A stretch of 64,000 nucleotides of DNA. Origin: Vulcanimicrobiota bacterium. GTDB taxonomy: Bacteria > Vulcanimicrobiota > Vulcanimicrobiia > Vulcanimicrobiales > Vulcanimicrobiaceae. This document shows positions 30,215 through 41,614 of this stretch, one piece after another. Position 1 is the stretch's first letter, and each line of letters starts with the position of its first letter. The stretch is from NCBI GenBank assembly GCA_963820825.1, contig CAWGBN010000008.1, forward strand, positions 352,001 to 416,000, in the 5' to 3' direction. A program made the position numbers and the translations under genes. The notes below the pieces were generated by a model. That model was not told the origin of the DNA. It ran no database searches and saw nothing but the letters and a program-made list of their open reading frames with translations.

Positions 30215-30853
30215 GGCCCGTCTATCAGGAGCCAAACGACGGCAACGACACCAAGAAGCTGCTGCGCTTGGGCACCGATCGGCCGCGCTGTGCGAGCTGC
30301 CGGACCGACGACTTCCGGCAGCTCTGCTCCGTGCACGACGCTCGGGGCCGCAGACGGATCTTATGCCGGAACTGCCGCGCCAAGCACAAGCGCCTCTCAG
30401 CAGCAGCTGCAGCACGCAAACGGCGGCAGTTTGCAGCTGACGGCTACGAGCAGCCTGCATGCGTGGTGTGCGGGGAGCCAGCGCTGCAGCTGCTTGAGCG
30501 CGATCACCTCACGGGAGCTGCCAATAGCGGTAGCACGGAGCCTTTGTGCGCTAATCATCACGCGATCAAGTCGTACATGGCCGAGCACGGGCTGATGGCA
30601 GCTCTGCGGCTGCGTGATCCGGAGCGATCGGCCTTGCTTTTGCAGGCAGCATTCGAGTTCGGCCTTGGTGCGATGCTCGGGATGTTCGCAGTTGGGACGG
30701 CGCGCACGGAGAGACGGCACGCTGCATCTTCTTGGGTCGCCTCCGTGCTGCTCTTTGCATGGGCTGCGTGGAACGTTTCGGCGGACTGCGTACTTCGAGG
30801 GTGTACTGGGACCGGGCTACGATCGCGCGATCGGGGCGGCGGTGCCGCGATGA
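30211..30853 (+). CDS. Zn-finger/HNH endonuclease-like protein with hydrophobic C-terminus; frameshifted
   Basis: CASC..CRNC, CVVCG..ERDH..LCANHH; likely end in frame 30614..30853; ATGA overlap with polB. Confidence 0.65.
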
Positions 30854-33800
30854 TCCGGCGCGAGGCTCCGCGGGCGCGAAGGCGTCCCAACGGGCTCCGA
30901 AGGGCGCGGCCGCAAGCCTCAGCACCGTCCGAACTCGTCGCAATGGCGGCTCAGCCCCCTATCAGCAGGCGCAGGACGGGCATTCTCGCCGTCGATACGG
31001 CGATTCGGGCGTGGGTCGAACCGCACAAGGCGCACAGCGCGTCAACGGTAAGCCGAAGACCGTTGCGTGGCGTCCGCAGCCCTACGGCGATCGCGTTCTG
31101 GTCTTCGACACGGAAACCACGACCGACGCGGCGCAGCGGCTCCTCTTCGGGTTCTTTCGCCTCTACGAGCGTCGATCGGCTGATCGAGGAAGGCCTCATC
31201 GTCACCGACCTGCTCGATTACGAGCAGATGATGACGCTCGACCGAATACGCGGCGACAATGCCACTTGCCGATCTACAGCCGCGAGCGCTTCGTGGAAGA
31301 AGTGTTCTACCCGGAGGTTTACGAGCGACGGCACCCTCTGCGTGGGCTTCAACCTGCCGTTCGATCTCACGCGGATCGCCGTTCACGCGGGAATCGGCCG
31401 TGGCGAAAATCGCCGCAAGTTCCGCCTGGTCACTTTCGAGGCGCATTCGCTGGCACGATTTACGCATTGAATCCGCCTCGGGCCGTGCAGCCTTTATCGG
31501 GTTCATCCCCAAGCGCAAGCTCTTCGCGTGGGAGAAGCCGTTCTTCGCCGGGCGCTTCTGCGATCTCAGCACGCGTCGCAGTGCGTTCACCGGCAAGCGT
31601 CATACGCTCAAAAGCGCGGGCAATGCATTTACGGACCTAGCACGCGCAAGATGACGTGCGCCGGAGCTCGGCGTGATCGACCGGCGCTCCTGCTCTACGG
31701 GCGGCAGGACGTCCGTGCAACCTGGGCACTGTACAAGGCGCTACGTGCAGTGAGTACGAGCGACACCCCTTCGCTACGTTCGCGAACGAGCGCAGCAAAC
31801 CCAAGCACGGGCACGTTACATGGGGCGAGCTGTATTCCAGCGCGAGCATTGCCAAGCAATATCTGCGCCTGCTCGGGATTACGCCGCTGCTACATAAGCG
31901 CCCGGCACTTCTCGCGCAAGCTCTGGGCAACGCGATCGCCGCGTACTTCGGCGGCCGGGCCGACGTGCGCGTACGCAAGACGGACGTGCCGGTGCGCGTG
32001 CTCGACTTTACGGCGAAGTACGCGACGCATCTTTTGCCTTCAGCGGCTCGACAAGACTGCTCGTCGCCCCGTCGATCGGGATCAAGCTCGTCACCCCCTG
32101 GGTGAAGGGCCTCCTCACCCTTTCAGAAGCCCGCAATGGGCCTGCTGTACGACTCCAAGACCTGGCCGAAGTTCAACTGCCTGGTGCTGGTCGACCCGAA
32201 CTGGGCGATCCTACCGGTCCGCTTCCGCACAAGGACAGCGATCCGTACACGATCGCCGTTACGCCGCTGCAGACGCGGGAAGGGCGCTGGTACACATTGG
32301 CGCGATGTAATCGCGGCGCGTTCTGCTGGGTGGGCCGCCACCGCAAGTCCGTCAGTGCGATCCGCTTCGTTCCGAAGGGCCGCCATCAGGCACGAGACCA
32401 CATCGCTTTCGCGGAGAGGTTGAGCTGCGATCGAAGCGCAGCCGTTCTTCACAGACGATCGTGGAGCAGCGCCAGATCGCCAAGCGCGGAGCAAAGGACG
32501 ATCCGGATCTCGCGGCGCTTGAAAGGGGCCTAAAGCAGATGGCGGCCAGCGGTGCGTACGGCATCTATGCCGAGGTCAACGTCACGCCCCGCAGCCGCGA
32601 CGACCGACGTGCCGGGCGAGGCGTATTCGGACATCATGCTATCCGACGGCCGAAGGTCCACGACGAACGGCCCGGCGCTTTGCGAATCCGATTATTGCAA
32701 GCCTCGTCACCGGCGGCGCACGGCTGATGCTCGCCATGCTCGAACGCGAGGTGACGCGCCGCGAGGCGGCACGTTTGCCTTCTGCGACACCGACAGCTCT
32801 CGCGATACCTCGCGGAGACGAACTGCCCCGATGGGATCCCCTGCGTGCCGGAAGCGACCATCGGGGAGATCGTTGCTGCGTTCGATGCGCTCAACCCGTA
32901 CGATCCAGCCACGGTGCCGCACTTGCTCAAGGTCGAGTATCCGGGCATTTCCGATCTGCGGTGCTTCGCTGTTTCCGCGAAACGGTACGTCCTCTATCGG
33001 TGGCGACCCGGGCGCCGCATTGAGATCGTGAAAGCCTCGGAGAGTGCGCTGGGTGCGATTATCGGACGACCCGCAACGAATCGACCGCAAAGCTGGCGCG
33101 TCGGGTGTGGCTGTCGATCCTGATAAAACACCTTGACGTTAACCCGCAGCAGCGGCGCCGGGCCAAGCCGCTGATCGATTTCGACGTTCCCTTGCGCCGG
33201 AAGTTTCCGATTAGCCAGCCAGCGATCTTTGCAACGAATGAAAGCCTACAACAAGGGGCGGACATACGACCATCGGTCAAGCCGTTCGGCTTCGTGCAGA
33301 CCGTAATCCCGCCCGTGAAGATCGGAGCGAAGGAGTCCCCTACCGATTGCGCCGTTTGAACTCGATCTTGCAAAATCCAAGCGCTCGCGTGGGTCGACTT
33401 TAACACCGGCGAGCCGATGCGCCTAGATTGGCACGAAAGCCACATGGCGGGCACCATCCCCGTCATGCGGCTGAGCGACGTACATCGAGCGATATCACGA
33501 ACCACCCCGAAGCCAAGGCCGCCGATCGGATCGGCAATCCCGCAGGGCCGGAAACGACTGGGCCTTCTCCAGCGACTGCAAGCTGCGGTCAGAGAGGCTT
33601 GCGCGAATCGGTAAGGAAGTCGATCGGCTCGATGAGGACGAGGGTGCTTCGCTTGAGGCCGGTCAGCCCACCGAATACGAGCGCGACGACCTGGCGGAGG
33701 ACATAGCGTGGTTAGCGACGTTCCCGCGCGAACAGGTAGCCAACGACATCGGCATATCAGAACGGAGGTGGCGCGATATCATAGAGCATCGATCCAACCC

Positions 33801-33876
33801 ACGTCGCGGAACCGCTGCTCAAATCAATCGCGTTGCGGAAGAGTATGGGCATCAGTTTAATATCGGGCAGAATTAG
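30850..33876 (+). CDS. polB: Family B DNA polymerase with C-terminal HTH-like tail; many frameshifts
   Basis: In order across frames: ExoI VLVFDTETT, ExoII GFNLPFD, ExoIII YGRQDV, AYFGGR, motif A LDFTAKY, motif B LKQMAASGAYG, motif C FCDTDS, SAKRY, IGKE; TAG at 33874-33876. Confidence 0.85.
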
Positions 33877-33912
33877 GAAACCATCGACTCACGGTGTGGA
33901 CTGGCCGGTCGA

Positions 33913-36004
33913 CTAGGGCGGCGTTGACTTACCCGGCTCGATCTCCGTAAGGATTCGGTCGGCGTGATAGACTTGCCGTAATCCAGCCAGTATCGTGCGA
34001 CTGTCCACGAAAACCGCACGATTGGTAGCTCGCCTCGTACTCGTAGTCACCGCCGAGGCCAAAGATGTTCGTGTCGAAGAAGACACCGACGATATCGGCC
34101 TCCCGGTTCAGCACGGGGCTTCCGGAGTAGCCGCCGATCGTGTCGTTCGTCGTCACGAAATCCATCGGGGTGGAAAGGTCGAGCGACGACTTCGCCAGCA
34201 ACCAGCTCTGCGGAAGGGCAAACGGCGGGGCGCCGGTCGCACGATCGTACAGGCCCGCGATCGTCGTGTACGGCTCGACGAAGCGTCCTTGGGCGTCGGT
34301 AAATCCCTTAACCGCGCCGTAGGAGAGACGTAAGGTGCCCGTCGCATCGGGATCGATACTGATACCGTAGACGGCAAATCGAGCTTGCGCGATCCGCTCG
34401 GCGGCGGTCCGGCTCGGAGCACGGAACTCAGCGTCGAATTGCTTACGATCGGCTCGCACTTGCGGATCGATTGAAACGGCGAGGCGAATCATCGGGTCCG
34501 TCGACGCAGCGATCGCCGCCGCGCCTCCTGCGTAGAGCGCCTGACGCATCTTCGGATCGGCTAGCTGCGTGCCGAGGACGAGCCGGTGTGCCAGCTCTTC
34601 GGGCGACTCATTGCCTAACAGCTTGCGAACGAAAGGATCGTCGGGGCCGACCTCGCGCCGCACGAGCGTAAACGCAAAAGCGAGCCGCAGTTCCTCGAAA
34701 TCGGCGTAGATCGGCGCGGGCGCTTCGAGCTGCTGCTGGACCTCTACCAACGCCTGATCGGTGAACTCCGGCAGGCGTTCGGCGTTTGGTTTTACGCGTT
34801 CAGACGCCGCCTGGACTAGAGTGACGGCATAGTCCAGGAGACCCGAATCGGCGAAGTTGCTGATGTTAACTATCGCAGCCGCGGCGCCGAACTGGTTGAT
34901 CTGTATTCGTTTGCGTTGGATCGCGGCCATTTCGTCCCAAGTCTGCCCGAACCGGCCGGCGAGCGACGGGTTCGCGGCGACGGCCGACCGAAGGCGCCGT
35001 TCCTCGGCTTCTTTGGCTGCAAACACTGCTGGAGTGAGGAGGGCTTCTTCGTATCCGAGTATGCCCTTATAGGAATTCTCGATTGAATTGAGCGTTGATT
35101 CGGCTTCGGCGGAACGTTGCGGGCTTTCGTCAGAAAAGCGTTCGAGTAGGCCGCGGTACTCGGCTAAGACGACGAGCGTATGAGGCCAGGCGTTGTCCCG
35201 ATAGTAACTCAGCTGTGAAACGGTTAGCTCACGACTCGTGGTTGCCGGGCTGCCGGGAACGAACGTGAGCTCGCCGGTCTTGGAGCCGTTCCGGCTCCAT
35301 CGGAAATAATCGGGAGTGCTCGCGCCCTTGCCGCCATCGTACGCGCGCAAGAAGCAGACGTCGTACTGATAACGTGGAAAGTTAAAATTGTCGGGGTCGC
35401 CACCAAAATACGAAATAGCCTCTTCGGGAGAAAAGGCGAGCCGCACGTCGGTAAATCGGTGGTACCGATAAAGATCGTAGACGCCGCCTTCGTACAGCGA
35501 GACGAGATCGCAACTGGTACTCGCGTCGTCCCCGCAGCTCTGCTCGAGCTTCGCGCGCGCAGCGTTTAATGCTGCATTTTGTGCTTCGCCCGTCTTGCCG
35601 CCCATGGCGGCTCGGATCTGGTCGGTTACGTCGCGAATCTGCACGAGTTGATCTAGCTCGAAGGTAGGGCAGCGCCGCTCGTCAACGGGCGTGCGCGCAA
35701 CGAAGCCGGTCTGGGCCAGATCTTGCTGCGGCGTCGATAGATCGTGGATGCAGTCGTCGATGCAGTGTCGTGCCGTCATGACGATCCCGTTCGGGGAAAC
35801 GAACGACGCCGAGCAGCCGGCCGGCATCAGCCGCAACGAGGCTAATCGGACGCGATCGAGCCACTGCGGCGACGGTGTAAAACCGTATGCCCGACCGACG
35901 CGATTCGCCGGGAAGTTATCGAAGGTCCACATGCCCTCGTCAGCGAGCGTGCGCTGAGGAATAAGAATGCTCAGTGCAAGGGCGATGAGAAGGATCCGTA
36001 CCAT
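33913..36004 (-). CDS. S46 family peptidase; frameshift near 34030
   Basis: Signal peptide, DEGMWT, GCSASFVS, TARHC, FGGDPDNFNFPR, PDAT.TLRLSYG, GGYSGSP; corrected end TNRAVFVD...STPP*. Confidence 0.9.
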
Positions 36005-36207
36005 GCGCCGTCCTTTCGTGCGGAGCCTAGACGGCGAGGAACACTGCCGCCCGAGCGCGGGCAAAGGCGAGGTCACCTCGGACTCTTCAGCCGAAGGGCC
36101 ACGGCGCCTTCCTACGCAATGCGGCGATCCCGCGCGCTTTGGCCGAGCCGAGGCTTTTCGGTTGCCTACGCGAGGTCGCGTAGCGGCCAACGAGCAAAAG
36201 GTAGGCG

Positions 36208-39200
36208 ATGACGAAGATTCCTTTGCGCTTCGTGTTGGGTTCGGCGTTCGCGCTTTTTCCGGCATTGGCCGGCGCGCAAACCGAAACTTCCACGTCGCCA
36301 TTAACTTCAACGTCGCCATTCGCGCGCATGACGTGGCGGGCGATGGGACCCGCCAGCATTGGACGTACCACGGCGGTAGCGGGTTCGGCTGCCAACGACA
36401 AATTGTACTATCTCGGCTCCGCCGGGGGCGGCGTCTGGAAGAGCGTGGACGGCGCAAGAACGTGGTCGCCCATATTCGAGACGCAACGCGTGGCAGCGAT
36501 CGGCGCGGTCGCGATCGACCCCGCGGACGACGCCACGGTTTGGGTCGGCACGGGAGAAGGCAATCCACGCAACGACGTGAGCTACGGCGACGGCGTGTAT
36601 AAGACCACGGATGGCGGCGCGACGTGGAGCAACCTCGGTTTGAAGGACACGAAGTATATCTCACGCATCCTTATCGATCCGCGCAATCACAATCACGTCC
36701 TCGTCGGCGCGGAAGGCGATGTTTTCGCCGACGGCACGGAACGAGGCGTGTACGTCACGGACGACGGCGGGAAGAGCTGGCGAAAAACGCTCTACGTCGG
36801 CCCGATGAGCGGCGTTTCGGACATGGCGCTGGACCCGCATAACCCCAACATCGTCTATGCCGGCATATGGCAGTTTCGCAGATATCCGTGGACGTTTCAG
36901 AGCGGCGGACCCGACGACGGTCTGTACAAATCGACCGACGGCGGGAACACGTGGAATAAACTTACCGGACACGGCCTGCCGACCGACACCGTCGGCCGTA
37001 TCGGGATCTCGGTAGCACCGAGCAACGGCAGTCGAGTTTACGCCTTGATCGAATCGAACCAGGGGCTCTTATGGCGCTCGAACGACGGAGGCGAAAGCTG
37101 GACGATGGTAAACGACGATACGCTCGTCGATCAACGTCCGTTCTATTTTACGCATATCGAAACCGACCCAAAGAACCCGGATCGTCTGTACGGCGTCTCG
37201 GAGGGGCTTTCGGTTTCAAAAGACGGTGGCCGCACCTTCGCTCGCATCGATGACCAAAACGAAGATTACCATCAACTGTGGATTGCCCCCGGCGACTCCT
37301 CTCGGATGATCGCCGCGGCCGACGGGCAATCTTCGTTGACTCTGGACCGCGGCGCGACGTGGTTCGGCTCGACGAATCTGCCGATCGGCCAGACCTATCG
37401 CGTCGGCCTTAGTCGCGAAAATCCATATTGGGTGTGCGCCGGGTTTCAAGATAGTCCGTCGTGGTGCGCACCGAGCAATTCGCAAGATCCCAACGGCATT
37501 CTAAACAAGGCCTGGATTTGGGCGTCCTATGGCGACGGCCAATGGGCGGTTCCCGACCCCATCGATCCAAACTTCATTTGGGCCGACACGGAAAACGGGA
37601 ATGTTTACGTTTCGAACAAGATCACAAAAGATGTTTGGATTGCAGCGCCGTACCTCCAGAATGCAAGCGAAGCCTTCGATAACCGACTCGCGCGCTACCG
37701 ATTCGGATGGGAAGCGCCGATCGCATTCGCTCCCTGGGACGGGCATGTGGCGTGGCTGGGCGGTAACCGCGTCTTTGAAAGCACCGACCGCGGTTCGCAC
37801 TGGTCGGTCATAAGCCCCGACCTTACGCGTAACGAGAAGAAGAGGCAACAGCCATCCGGTGGGCCGGTCAAATACGACGTTTCGGGCGCCGAAGAGTTCG
37901 ATACGATCGTAGACATTGAGGGCTCGTCCCTGAAGAAGGGAGAGATCTGGGTCGGTACCGACGATGGGCTCGTGCAGCTGACGCGTGACGGCGGCAAGCA
38001 CTGGCAGGACGTTACGCCGGCGGATGGGCCGCGTGTCGGCAGGTATGCAACCGTCGCACCTTCGCCGCTTCTCGATGGGACCGCGTACGCTGTCAACGAC
38101 GCGCATTACACGGGCGACGGCGCTCCGTACGTCTTCGTTACGCACGACTTCGGGAAACGCTGGACCTCGATTACGAACGGGCTGCCGAAGGACGAGTGGG
38201 CCCGCGCGATTCGCCCCGACATTCGGAATCGCGATCTCATTTTTCTCGGAACCGAGCAGGGCATCTGGGTGTCCTTCGATGCCGGTACGTCGTGGCACAG
38301 TTTCAAAAACGACATGCCGACTGTCTCGATTCGCGACATCCGGATACAAGCCGACTTCGACGACCTCGTCGTCGGGACGCATGGACGTTCGATCTACATC
38401 ATGGACGACATCAGGCCGTTGCAGGACCTTAAACAGGCGCAAGCAGCTGGTCTGTGGCTCTTTAGGCCGCGCACTTCCTACGAGTATAATACGCGGTCCG
38501 ACGAATGGATAAGAGCCGACTACGTGGCACCGAATCCGCCGAATGGGGTTCCCATCTCGTACTTCCAAAGCGCGCCTCAGAAGAACCCTCCGAAGCTCGA
38601 GATTCTCGACGCCAGCGGCCACGTGATCAAGAATGTGCCCAACGTCCCGAACGACGCCGGCATCAACCGATACGTTTGGGACTTCAGCGTAGACGGGCCC
38701 GTCAAGTGGAATGGCGCCGCACCGTTCTTGCAGCCGTCGGATTCGGGAGCGATGGTTCCGCCCGGCACGTACGCGGTCCGCCTGACGCTTGGTAAGAAGG
38801 CGTTAACGCGAAGCGTTCGCGTCATGGCCGATCCGCGGACGGTCGAGACGCAGTCGCACATCGTAGCGTCCTTTGCTTACGCACAACATTGCAATGCGCA
38901 GCTCTCGATCGTCGATACGATGCTCAACAATTTGGACGACGCGTCGAAATCCTTAAGCGCGGCCTCGGCGCGATCCGAGAACGCCGGAAACTCGCCGCTC
39001 GGCGCTCGTATCGCAGGCGCGCTGAACACGGAGAAACGGGTGCGTGCCTATCTCACCGCCGACTATCGCGGCACGGAAGACAATATTCTTCGACCCGGTG
39101 CGTTGCGAGAAGACATTTGGATCAGCTGCGGCGAGACGTTAGTAACGCCGGCCTTCCTTCGAGCCCAACGCGACATCGATGCGTCATTCCACAAAGGCGT

Positions 39201-39312
39201 CGATCTCTACAATGCGTTCGCCGGTACGATTCCCGCGCTTAATGCGGCTCTCACTGCAGCGAAGCAAGCGCCATTGCCGATCATCGGAACGGTAAGCGAC
39301 GAACGCCACTAA
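36208..39312 (+). CDS. Secreted BNR/VPS10-like beta-propeller (glycosyl-hydrolase-like) protein
   Basis: Signal peptide; many S/T-x-D-G-G-x-T/S-W Asp-boxes; WRAMGP..GRTTAV N-terminus. Confidence 0.85.
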   Translation: MTKIPLRFVLGSAFALFPALAGAQTETSTSPLTSTSPFARMTWRAMGPASIGRTTAVAGSAANDKLYYLGSAGGGVWKSVDGARTWSPIFETQRVAAIGAVAIDPADDATVWVGTGEGNPRNDVSYGDGVYKTTDGGATWSNLGLKDTKYISRILIDPRNHNHVLVGAEGDVFADGTERGVYVTDDGGKSWRKTLYVGPMSGVSDMALDPHNPNIVYAGIWQFRRYPWTFQSGGPDDGLYKSTDGGNTWNKLTGHGLPTDTVGRIGISVAPSNGSRVYALIESNQGLLWRSNDGGESWTMVNDDTLVDQRPFYFTHIETDPKNPDRLYGVSEGLSVSKDGGRTFARIDDQNEDYHQLWIAPGDSSRMIAAADGQSSLTLDRGATWFGSTNLPIGQTYRVGLSRENPYWVCAGFQDSPSWCAPSNSQDPNGILNKAWIWASYGDGQWAVPDPIDPNFIWADTENGNVYVSNKITKDVWIAAPYLQNASEAFDNRLARYRFGWEAPIAFAPWDGHVAWLGGNRVFESTDRGSHWSVISPDLTRNEKKRQQPSGGPVKYDVSGAEEFDTIVDIEGSSLKKGEIWVGTDDGLVQLTRDGGKHWQDVTPADGPRVGRYATVAPSPLLDGTAYAVNDAHYTGDGAPYVFVTHDFGKRWTSITNGLPKDEWARAIRPDIRNRDLIFLGTEQGIWVSFDAGTSWHSFKNDMPTVSIRDIRIQADFDDLVVGTHGRSIYIMDDIRPLQDLKQAQAAGLWLFRPRTSYEYNTRSDEWIRADYVAPNPPNGVPISYFQSAPQKNPPKLEILDASGHVIKNVPNVPNDAGINRYVWDFSVDGPVKWNGAAPFLQPSDSGAMVPPGTYAVRLTLGKKALTRSVRVMADPRTVETQSHIVASFAYAQHCNAQLSIVDTMLNNLDDASKSLSAASARSENAGNSPLGARIAGALNTEKRVRAYLTADYRGTEDNILRPGALREDIWISCGETLVTPAFLRAQRDIDASFHKGVDLYNAFAGTIPALNAALTAAKQAPLPIIGTVSDERH

Positions 39313-39614
39313 CTCGCAGCTTCGGGATCATTCGATTGCCATGACGAGCGTGCCGCCGAGGTCGACGTTCTGCGCCTCGACGCCGAAGTTAATCCCCGGG
39401 CCTTGCAGACGCTCTCCAGCCAGACGCGCCTCGCAATTTGTGCAAAACATAACCGCCCAAAGCGGTCAACGACTATCTAGCTGGTAACCTGTACGAATAA
39501 GCAGCTACGCGCATCACCTCGATCGCTAGGCCTAACCGGGGGTCTTCTCCCAAGATTTTACGCCACGGATAACTAGAAAATGGCGGCGAACACCGACCGA
39601 CAGGAGGTTCGCCC

Positions 39615-39881
39615 GTGCGCAAGTCCCGCTACTCCGACGAGCAGATCGCCGCAGCCCTGCGCCAAGCCGAAGCCGGCACGCCGATCGTCGATATCACCCG
39701 CAAGTTGGGAATCTCCGAGGCAACGTTTTATGCCTGGCGCAAGCGTTTTGGCAGTTTGGGAACGCCGGAGATCCGCGAGTTGCGTCAGCTACGTGACGAA
39801 AACGCGCGCCTTAAGCGACTCGTTGCAGATCTGACGCTGGATCGTCAGGTCTTGCAGGACGTCGTTAAAAAAAAGTGGTGA
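39615..39881 (+). CDS. IS3 transposase OrfA
   Basis: HTH plus leucine-zipper pattern; AGGAGG Shine-Dalgarno. Confidence 0.85.
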   Translation: MRKSRYSDEQIAAALRQAEAGTPIVDITRKLGISEATFYAWRKRFGSLGTPEIRELRQLRDENARLKRLVADLTLDRQVLQDVVKKKW

Positions 39882-40530
39882 GGCAGGTGCGCCGCACAGT
39901 CATGCTGCCAAAGGTGCGCGAGGCCTGGCGCTTGAGCGAACGGCGGGCGTGTGTCGTACTCGACATCAATCGCAAGATGGTGCACTACTGCCCCGTCAAG
40001 CGCGACGATCCCATTCTGCGCGCTCGGATCAAGGAGATCGCTCACACGCGCATTCGCTACGGCTACGAACGGATCACGATCCTGTTGCGGCGTGAAGGCT
40101 GGCAGGTCAATCGCAAGCGCGTGCGGCGGATCTATCGCGAAGAAAACCTCGCAATCCGTACGAAAACACCCGAAACGCCGGCGCGCCGCAGTCGTGCGGA
40201 CAGAACGGGTCGTACCCAGCGCGCCAAATCAGAGCTGGGCCATGGACTTCATGCACGACGTGCTCGCTGACGGCACCAAGATTCGCCTTTTAACCATAGT
40301 CGATTCATTTACTCGCGAGAGCCTTGCCCTCGAGGTGGCCTCGGGGTTCAAATCGACCGACGTCGTCGAGGTACTTCGCCGCCTCGTTGCCGAGCGTGGA
40401 TCACCGCAACGGATCCACTGCGATAACGGCCCAGAGTTCGTATCTTTGCAGCTGGATCAGTGGGCCTACTGGAATCGGGTGAAGCTCGACTTCTCGCGGC
40501 CCGGGCGCCCGTCAGATAACGCTTTTTGCG
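39878..40530 (+). pseudogene. IS3 transposase OrfB, frameshifted and truncated
   Basis: DDE core motifs split between ORFs 39875 and 39951; ends just after the catalytic E. Confidence 0.8.
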
Positions 40531-41611
40531 AAGCCTTGCTTACCACGACGCCCTCTGGCGTACTAAAGCCCCTCAGCGTATTGGTGGGGTAACCGCCGGC
40601 CGGATAATGATAGAACGAAGCGGTGTTATTTTGTTGACCATTTTGGAGCGTCACAATCACTTTGCCGTCCTGAATCCAAAAGTCTACTGGATACGAGGCG
40701 TAAGAACCATAACCAGTGTTGAGAGGCGTCCTGGCCACGCCCGATGCGCCCGAGGGCGTGATCTTTAAGCCGTAAATTACCGCGGGTATGTTGTTGTCGT
40801 CTGCGACAGCGAAATATTGGCCCTTGCCGTACCATTGAACGCCGCTCGGGGCGAGGCAGCATCCCCCGCTAACTGACAGCTGCTTAACCACGTGGCTGCC
40901 TTTAGCAAGCTCGAATAATAGGAAGAGTCCCTCGTCACAGCCGCCGTTGTCATCGATGAGAAGATTGCCGCTATTGTCGTAGGCGAGCCAACGCGGAGCC
41001 CCCATGCACTCCTCTGTATAGTAGTGAATCGGCTTGCCCTGAGCTTTCTTATAGATCGCAATTCCCAGCGTCGCGGTGCCCTTCGCGATCCAACCGTTGG
41101 AGAGAGCCAGATTCCCTGTCGTCGGGTCTACGGCGCAATCCGCGGGGACGTAGTAGTTCGCTGAGTTTTCGCTCAGGGTCGCAATCGGCGTCGTGCCGCC
41201 GTGCGCGTACTCGATGACATATGGCGTGTTAGGGGGGGAATATGCCGCATCCTGATTCACGATCCAAACGTCGCCCTTCCCGTCGACGCACATGCCGGTG
41301 GGCGCATCCAGGGGCGAGCCCTGCAACTCTCCCTCCAAGTGCACCTTTGGAAATGAGTAAACATCAACCGTGCTGTTGCCACCATTGGAGATATACAGGA
41401 GGTCCTGCTTCTTGGCGTCGGGAGCCATCCAGGACCTCCCGTGACCGTCGACCCGCGCCGAACGAACCTTATAGTGTCGAATTGCCTGTGCGAGGCCGAT
41501 TCGCGTAACGGCTGAAGCGCCGGGCAACGTCGCGCCGCTGTTACAGCCGGAGAGAAGAATTATACTTGCTACAGTGCTTGCTGCGTACGGGGTGAGCATT
41601 CGCGCCTTCAA
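40466..41611 (-). CDS. NHL/SMP-30-like beta-propeller lipoprotein
   Basis: LSGC; SWMAPDAKKQDLLYIS; CAVDPTTGNLA; C-terminus reads into IS3 DNA. Confidence 0.8.
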   Translation of the reverse strand: MKARMLTPYAASTVASIILLSGCNSGATLPGASAVTRIGLAQAIRHYKVRSARVDGHGRSWMAPDAKKQDLLYISNGGNSTVDVYSFPKVHLEGELQGSPLDAPTGMCVDGKGDVWIVNQDAAYSPPNTPYVIEYAHGGTTPIATLSENSANYYVPADCAVDPTTGNLALSNGWIAKGTATLGIAIYKKAQGKPIHYYTEECMGAPRWLAYDNSGNLLIDDNGGCDEGLFLLFELAKGSHVVKQLSVSGGCCLAPSGVQWYGKGQYFAVADDNNIPAVIYGLKITPSGASGVARTPLNTGYGSYASYPVDFWIQDGKVIVTLQNGQQNNTASFYHYPAGGYPTNTLRGFSTPEGVVVSKASQKALSDGRPGREKSSFTRFQ

Positions 41612-41614
41612 GAT

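Larger units (their letters stand above)
27279..33876. mobile_element. Casposon-like element core (ends not defined)
   Basis: Solo cas1, polB, HNH and HTH genes arranged in two divergent coupled operons; no TIRs found by eye. Confidence 0.75.
39530..40530 (+). mobile_element. IS3-family insertion sequence, 3'-truncated
   Basis: orfA 39615..39881 (RYSDEQI..ISEATFYAWRKR), A-run frameshift site before TGGTGA, orfB with RYGY, WAMDF, CDNGPEF, PGRPSDNAFCE, then cut. Left end approximate. Confidence 0.85.

Noticed and set aside
36005..36664. N-terminal extension of the 911-aa S46 ORF (likewise the 8, 18478, 59160 and 61139 starts)
   Set aside because: The extensions overlap other genes or the conserved upstream element; signal peptides mark later starts.
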